A stretch of DNA of 64,000 bases from Salisapilia sapeloensis CBS 127946 (taxonomy: Eukaryota > Protista > Oomycota): the NCBI GenBank assembly GCA_023334545.1, contig JAADVB010000035.1, forward strand, positions 1-64,000. Reading direction: 5' to 3'. The notes below the pieces were generated by a model that did not search any database, was not told the DNA's origin, and saw only the letters and a program-made list of their open reading frames with translations. Made by a program: the position numbers and the translations under genes. Shown piece after piece: positions 25,701-34,700 of this stretch; within the stretch, counting starts at the first letter, position 1; every line of letters starts with the position of its first letter.

Positions 25701-28700
25701 TTCTGTGGATACAGGCTGTGAAGATAGCGACTGCTCGGCAGGATGGGACGACTTGCCTGTATTGCAAAATCGCCCTCGTGGAGGTTACCGATGGCAAATA
25801 CGCTTCATGCAGTCTACTGGAGAATACGAAGGCTATACTTTCCCACCTGGGAGTGGGGATGCTAGTCCTCTGACCGTCACGAAAGGATCGCTTGCAGGTG
25901 CATCTGCTTCCGTTGACTTGGTAAACAACCAAGATGGTTCGCCTCCCGTCCGGGGTGTCTTTCAGTTAGGTCGTGATAGTAGTATCACGCCGGAGCTAGG
26001 ATACGCCTCGTCTTACAAGAGCGTGAAGGAAGCTATTGAAGACATGGATCTATACGGTGAGGTGGATGTCGTTCGATCTTACTTGCTAACTCAGAAACTA
26101 CGAAGTGTGTCTGCAAGTGTGACGAAAGATGGATCCACTGCTGTGGTGACGACTGATACAGATATCCGGCAGCACATTATGCCGGGTGACGTCATTCGAT
26201 TTGGTGTCGAAAGCTCCAATAACCTCATCGGAACAAATGGGGACACGCCACTAGTGTCTGACTTGTCAATGTCTTACGGTACTGTGAGCATGGGATCACC
26301 AATTGTAACAGCTGAGGAAGAGGTTCTTAACGAGTTATATCCTGATATGCATGTACGCATTGATGGGCTAGTGTATACGATTCAACAGTCTGGAAGAGAA
26401 GTACAGGCGCTGTTCGTGAGTACGACAGTAACTGAGTGGGATAGTGATGTTTTAGCGACTTCAGCCTTCCAGCTTCAATTCATCGGGCGAGGAACCTCGC
26501 AGACAACTAATTGTTTACAGTTTGATGCTTTACCAAGTGATGTCGAAACGGAGCTTAACGCAGTAAATCAAAATATGCTGCTGCCTGGTATGTTTGCTGC
26601 TGACGATATCAAGGTGACACGGTCTGGACCGCACATTAGTGCTGATAACTTGCGAAAAAGCTATACCTACTATATCTACTTCCAAGGAAGCTCGGTTGCT
26701 GGTGATGTTACTACTTTAGACGTCGCGAGTTGTGCCGCTTCCGATACATCAGCGGATGCATCATTCGAAACGGAAACGATGAGGCATGGAGGAAAAGTTG
26801 CACATCAACGGTTGTCGTTGGCTACTGACTCAGGATACATAGACGACCCAAATGGTTATTACAAGTTGAGCATAGGTGCCGCCAAGACAAATTGTCTACT
26901 TTGGGGTGGTCCAGCTTCCACCATAGAGACAGAGTTGGCCACGCTTGACGTCACGAAAGCCGTGGTGTCGACTTCCGGTACGGGAGTATCTGTGACCGCC
27001 ATCCAGCGTCTACGACTGACCTCAAATACCCCAGTAACCACTCCTCAGAATGGTTTATTCAAACTAGGGCTGAAACTTGATGGTGAAACTACTTTGACGC
27101 CTTGCTTGGACTACGGTCTATCTGCTGACAGTTTAGAAAATCACTTGAACACTTTGATTGGAAAGGAAAACGTAGACCATCACATTCGGGTTACTCGAAG
27201 TGGAGATGGAACAGCAAGCTCTGGATACGGGTTTGAATACCTTATACACTTTGAAGGTCCCGTCTCGGGTGGACTCAGTACAATTCTTGGTAGTATTAAA
27301 GAGCTGCAGGTTTATGATCTTGGTAAAGGTGCTTGTGATCCTGCAGCTGGTGGCGATCCTGCGATCAATGTCGAGACAATTCGTGAAGGAAAAGCTGGAT
27401 ATACGTACGATATTTACTTCCTAGAATACTCGGCTGCGGCAGTACCGAAGCTCGAGATCATTACAGATGAAGCAGAGTGTCCATCAAGCGGCTGGACACA
27501 AGTGGGAGGCAACGTTCGTATGCCAAAAATTGAACAGCTAGAGCTAGGTGGAAGTAGTGAAGTACAAACGTTGACATTGCAGGATAGCAGAGACGCGGCT
27601 AAGCCGAGTTATCGGCTTAGTTTTGATGGTGTCGAGACAGGTGGACCTTGCTTATTGCTTGGGGATTTGCCATCTACTCTCCAACAAGAATTAGCTACGA
27701 TACCAGTAATCGGAACGGACGGCGTCTACGTTTCGAGAGATATCCTGACTTCGGCCTCGAATGGATATGTGTACTCTGTCACGTTTGTCGGTAAACAAGT
27801 GACAGGAAAAGTACCGCTACTCAGCGTTATTGAGTATGATGACGCTTGCAGTGGACAAACAGATATAGCGACATTTGACACTGCTGTAGAGCGTACAGTT
27901 TCAGGCGGATCCTCTCCTGGATCCTTTGCTCTTACCACTTTATACGACGGTGAGTCTCCTGGTGAGCACATTGTGTACCATATTGGGCAATTATTCAGTG
28001 TCCAGGAAGAACAGATTGAGAAGTATAAAATCATCATTCACAACGGCGGACCGACACTAATTGACACGAATGCTGGTACCTATCGGCTTGAAGTTGACTC
28101 TCATGTAACTACGTCCATTATGTGGAATGCACTTGAAAGTGAAGTCGAGGAGAAAATTGTAACAGCAATAAGTGCAGACAAAGGTGATGTTGTTGTGACA
28201 AGAAAATTAGACTCTGCTGCAGCTCCGAACGGCTACGTGTACAATGTGTACTTCAGTGCAAGAAAATGGAGTAGTATTGATCTTGCCTTTTTAGACGATA
28301 CCTCGTTTAACGATGGAACAGTCACTGTATCTGAGATTACACCGGGTGGATCAGAAGAAGCTGAGCCTCTTCTTCGTCAATCCATTCCACTCGCAGATCT
28401 AGCTACGCCTACAACCAGTGCTCGATACCTTGCCAACTCGGCTGCTAATGTGAACGTCTACAAGGTGAATGGATTCTTCTGGACAGTCAAGTTTAAGTCT
28501 GCTATCGGAAACATTCCGGCGCTAGAAAAAACCACATCAAATCTCTTGGGTGGCGATCTAACGGTTATTGACGACTTTATACGCGGAAGTGAGTCGGATT
28601 CATTTACTATTCAAAATCTCATTCCCGGTATCCCGTACTATGTCCGCGTTGCAGCGTCGAGTGCAACTGGTAAGGGAGCTTTCACACCTGTCAAGGTTGT

Positions 28701-31700
28701 GACACCAAGTGGCGTTCCATCAGCTGTACGCAACTTCCAGTCTGGGCATGCCTTGTATGTTCAGGAAGTACAGGAAGTACGTACGGCAGCAACCTATGTT
28801 TCGGAAGTGCAAACGATCACTACAAGTGCCGCTGAAGTGTCTGAAGTACAAACGATGCTGACAAGTGCTCCGTCAAGTGCGTGTCTGGATAATTCATGCA
28901 TTCATGGCAGCGTTGCTTTCCGTGCACCGATGATCCAAACCATCACTATATCTGGTGAGGCAAACATTAATGACGGTGGTCAAATCAGATTACTTTTCGA
29001 AAGGTATGAGACGGATGAAGCTAACCTCGCAGGAGGTAACGAGGGAAAGCTCATCCCGATTACTGCTGCGGAGACAACTGGTCTACTAGCATGGCCTTTG
29101 GAGGCAAGTTTGATCCAGCAGGAGTTAGAGGGCTTAAGCTCTCTAAGCGTAGGAGATATCATAGTTAAGCAAGAAGATGAAGGAAGTGCTTCTGGCTATG
29201 GAGCAACGTTCAGCGTCTCATTCATCGGAACTCTGGTTGGAGGTCAAACGAATCTTATTCAAGTGCTCCATGAAGCGGATGGATCATGTCCTGAATGTGC
29301 CAAGCTAGAAACGTCTGAAGGTGATTCATGCGACATAAGTGTTTCGATGAACCAAGACCAGGCGATGGGAACGGACACGGCCGTCCAAAAGGTCGTTGTA
29401 AAGGCTGAAAAACGACTTGCAGCAGGTTCTTATAAGTTAGAATTCGATCATCTTGGAGCAATAAGAAGTTCCGAGTGCATTCAATTCGATGCTCCACCTC
29501 GAGGAGAGAATTCACAGACTGTGGAGAATATACTAGAGAGAATGTTGAATATCGATAGCGTCTACGTCACACGCACGGTGGACCAGACGGAAGCTCCGAA
29601 TGGCTTTATCTACTACATTTTCTTTGACGGAAATGCAGTGCACGGTAGCGTGAATAAGATGACAGTCGCATACGACACATGTACCAAGTTCCAAACGGTC
29701 GAGAACAATGTACTTACAGAAATAACTGGCAGTGCTGAGGTCTTTACGATCGCAAAGAAGTTTACGGATATATCGACCAGTACTGCTGAGGATCTAAAAG
29801 AGGATCTGGATCAGCTTCCTGTCTTTGGAAGAGTTGTTACATCCCAGTCGCTCAAGGATGCACAAGGTGGGCTCTTATGGACTGTTGCTTTTGAAGAAGG
29901 ACAAGGCAATCTCCCACAATTCATATGTGTCACTGGAGATGACTTTGAACCAGCAGGGTTTGGCTCATGTATAACATCTACCATTACGGACGGTAATGCT
30001 CTCGATGGCACGTTTGTGATTGAATCTTCCCAACCGATCCCGTATAATGCTGAAGCAGCATTTATAAAGCAAGCGATGGAAGAGATGTCGTGGGTTGGAG
30101 AGGTAGAAGTGACAAGGTCGAGCCCAACACCGCAGTATGGATACTCTTGGACGATTACTTATGTAGATTACCTTGGTGATGTGCCTACGCTATCGATTGC
30201 AAGCTCTCTTACTGGCGCCGGTAGCCAAATTGAAGTCAGAGAAGACCGTAAAGGTAATCGCATCGGTGGATCCTTTACACTGTCGTACATGGGGATCGAA
30301 ACGAGTGCCATTGCCTGCACGGCAAAGGCTATGGCAGTGGATACCGGAAACGATGGTACGTCCATGCAAGAGAAACTGGAGGCTCTGAAGAATGTTGGTC
30401 CAGTACATGTCGTACGATCCATGCAGGACAAGCAGGGAGGCTATTCGTGGTTAATTACCTTCCTCGACGATAAGCAAAATGTCGGTGATATTGCACTTTT
30501 AAAAAGCAACGGTATGAGTTTAACAGGTGCAGGTGTCGTAGCATTTACACGAGAAATTAGAAAAGGAGCAAAGGCTGCAGGAAACCAGTTGTGGGTTTCT
30601 TTCGATCCACCAGCTACTGATCGTGGCATGTCCATCGCCAAGTATAGAGTACGTTGGGATACGAATGCTGGTTTCCAAGCAGATCCTAAGCAAGCTGAAA
30701 TAACCAACAGCGAGCTCTTATATCGATACCAGCACATTGTGACTAAGGCTCCGAGCATTTCATGGTCTGCGCAGCATCAACAACCTGTTCCGGCTACGCA
30801 GCACATTATATTCAATACTGGAACCAGTGGAACTGCCTTCAGTGTGACGTTCCGTGGCCAGACGACGGTTGGATCGATGGTAGTGGATTCATCACCAGCA
30901 GCCGCATCCACGACTGACGATCTGCTTCAAAAGCTTGAGAATCTACATGCGATCGGACCTGGTGCATTGACGATTCTACCTACTTCTTCACCAATAAGTC
31001 CCGGCATGAGTGTCGAAGTTACCTTCCATGGTGTTCCGGGAGACGTCCCGCCCCTATCTTTCTCCAACAGTGTCGCTACCATACAAGAGAGTACAAGTAT
31101 TACAGGATACACACCGTTCCGCAAAGAGCAAGTTGTGCTTGACTGCAAAGGAACGACAACTACTGTTACGTTTACGACTGGTAGCCAAAGTACGGATATT
31201 GCTGAGGGGGTTTCACTATCACAGGCAGAAGCGAAGCTCGAGGAAATATTCGGAGTGGAAGCTGGAAGCATCCGAGTGATTAGTACGGACGGCCATGAAT
31301 ATTTCTGTAGCGACGCAGCCGACACGGCTACTATCGTCTTTGATAGAGTCTATGGTGAACAGGAATTGGTTGTGGCGAATCTGGATAAAGTTACGGAAGC
31401 ATGCATCAAAGGATATAAGTACGACACGTCAATTGCAAAGATGAGCGGTACGTTCCAATTAGGCTACAAGGGAGTGTTTACGCCGATGCTGAATGCCGAA
31501 TCGTCTGCTGATGCTATCCGTTATGCACTTGAAAACCTCCCTGCTATCTCGACGATTGAAGCGACAAGAGATCGCTCTTCCCAACCAATTGTCAATCAGG
31601 GTACTGTGGATGCTGTTCAAGGTCAAGTGTACGTGACTTGCTCTGATGCTTCATGTGATTTTGCCTCGGGTGCGTATGGTCTTCCTGGTGATGTCATTCT

Positions 31701-34700
31701 AATCGATGGAACGTGGTATACCATTCGAACGGATACAGTGTCTCCTGCCTTACCATCGGATCGACTTTTCTTGGGTGACTTGAATGGCCGTGAGATTGGA
31801 TACCAAGGTCCAAGCACAAATGGACTCACTGTGTACGAATGGGCAAAAGGATATGTATGGACGGTTGGGCTACTCCTTGTGGACGAGTTAGAATACATCC
31901 AAACACGCGTTCCTCACTTCAATCCGCTTGACGCACACGTTAGTGTTACCGGAAGTTCTTGTGATAAATGCCACTACGTCCCAGGTCAATCGTCCAGTAC
32001 ACTCGTTCGGGGACAGAGCTATTACCTCGATGCGAATGCTTTTAACTCCAATGGGTACGGTGATGATATTGTACCTATTCAAGCGACCCCACGTCAGGTG
32101 CCGAACGCTCCATCCAATGTGAATATTGTCGTCATCTCTGGTGTTGAGATTGAGGTCTTTTTTTCCCCACCGTATCTTTCTGACTCGGACATTTCAGCCT
32201 ACATTGTGCAGTGGGATACGAATCCTGACTTTAAGCACGGACTACCAATCTGTGAAGCATGTGCCGTCGGGTTGAATGGAAATCAGCTCACGGTCACTGA
32301 GTCGTCTATTGAAAACTTACCATTAACCGATGTCAAGTTCACGATTGCAGATGAAAACTGTCAGATGATGCTCAAGTCTGTTGTCGGCACAAAGTTCACG
32401 GTGGAAGCAGGGCATGGCTGTAGTGAGTTTGAGGATGGCAACTACCCGATGTACTATTACACGTATGAGCCTACTTACATTACGAACTTTGATAAGCAAG
32501 CTTCAGTCTACAGACACTTGCTCAAGGTTCCTACTCCTCTAACAAAGTACTTTGTTCGCGTGGCAGCTGAGAACTCTGTCGCAGTTCAAAAGGTTGCGTA
32601 CGATGGAAATCCACCGAATAATCGCCAGTGGAGTACGACGCTGTCTGCTATTACAGCTGACACTGTCCCTGATAAACCACTAAGCGTTGATCTATTGCAG
32701 TTTTCAGGCTCAGCGCTTGAGCTACAAATCTTACCGCCAGTTCGAGATGGTAAAGGAGAAGAAGGGAATGCGATTGAAAAGTATTGGATCTTGTATGACA
32801 CTTCTCCGACGTATGATACGGAAGGTATAGCTCCGACGGAAGTCAATGCAAACTCGCTCGAGTACTTGTCAGATGGAAGACGGATATACCACTTGACGGG
32901 CCTCGAGACGGGTGTCGTGTACTATGTTCAAGTCAAGCTACGCAATTCAGTCGGTCTTAGCACGGCAATGGCTGCGCAATCGGCTATTGCACCGGAAGAA
33001 ACACCTTCTGAAACTAGTCTGGTTCGACTATCAAGTCCTAGGAGCTCATCTACGCCGATCACCACTGCGACAGTAACATGGCAGCCACCGACTCTAAACG
33101 GCGGACGCGATGTTGATAGCTACGTGGTGGAATGGTGGACGAAGAAGACGAGACAGGAAGTTCAGATTATTGAAATTACATGGGACCAAGCACCAGCTGC
33201 TGAGAAGTTCCAATTGAAGTTTAAAAAAGGCACGACTGAGATGTTTCCTCTGCATATTACTGCAGAAAACGTTCGCAATTCACTTATGAATGTGATGGTG
33301 GACGGAAACCCAGTGATCAAGCATGTCTCGGTTACTCGCAGAGATATTAACGCGGGTACTGGTCGACAATGGATCGTGACGTTTACGGATGAAGTGAATA
33401 ACGCCGGTGATCAACCGATGATACAGATCGCTTTCGACAGTACCTACAACTACCTCAATGGTCGAGTGTTTGAATCGATATCAGGCATCCAAGTACCTTT
33501 GAGTAACTTCCCTGGTACACCGGAGGTGCAAGTGCTAACGATCTACCATCCTACGGAAACGGTGACAGGGTTCTTCCGTCTAAGCTTTGGTGGCTCAGGC
33601 TGGTCCAACCACTTGTCTGCAGAGAAAGTAACTACTGTGGAGCTTGAGGCAGCTCTTGAAGCACTCCCGACGATCGGTCAAGTAACCGCGAATGAAGAGA
33701 CTGGACAAGCGTTTGAACGCATTTGGACGATCACATTCAACTCCAATGTCGGCAATCTACCTGCTATCGTTGTGGATGACACGGAGATCTTACCAGACAC
33801 TAATGCTTTCGTCGGTGTTAAAGACGGAGATAACGCAGTGACAAGTACTGGAGTGCTCTGTCTGCCGAATCCAACTGGGTGTGGAGGATCTTGGCCGGAT
33901 GGTGTGACTGATATCGCTGATAAAGCAAGAATCGGGGAGGTAGCAAGTGGGTATGGTATCTTTGAAACGCAAAGTGCAGATACCTTATCGTACACAATCT
34001 CTGGATTGACGCCAGGCGTACTGTACTATGCTTCTGTCGCTGCCAAGAACTACCGTGGCTTAGGTCCACGTGCGGCATCAATGCCAGAAAGTATCATGCC
34101 ACGACTACAAGTACCTAACGCACCTACGAATGTCTTGGTGGATGTCAAGTACGGGTCTGCGACGCAGCTTACCGTTTCATACGATGCACCGACTAGCGAC
34201 GGTGGTGCTCCTGTGTGGATGTACCACATAGAGTACGACCAGTCATTTAAGTTCGACAGTGGTGGAGAGCAAGTTCACTGGTGTCCCACAGCACCTGTGA
34301 ATGCTGTGTGGACAGTCCAGACGACTACATCTACTTCTTCAGAGCCCATTGGACGAGGCTTCTTTAAGCTGGAGCTCACACGAAAGGGAATCACCGAAAC
34401 GACGCATCCGATTCCATGGGATGCTGTCTCCATGGCAGATGAAGAAGAAGGTAACTCGGATGTCGTCCATTCGAAAGTTTTCTGTACGCCATGCTCCGAT
34501 TGTAGTGACAAGTGCGAGTCGGATGAAGCGACTGGTGATGGACGAGTCGAGAATTCTGGGTCGATGCAGTCGAAACTAGAACACTTGGGCATGATTTCAG
34601 ATGTGAAAATCAAGCGGACGCCAAATAGCGGAAACGATGGCGGATATACGTGGTCTGTCACGTTCTTAGATATTGGCGATGATTTCAATCTAAACGTAGC

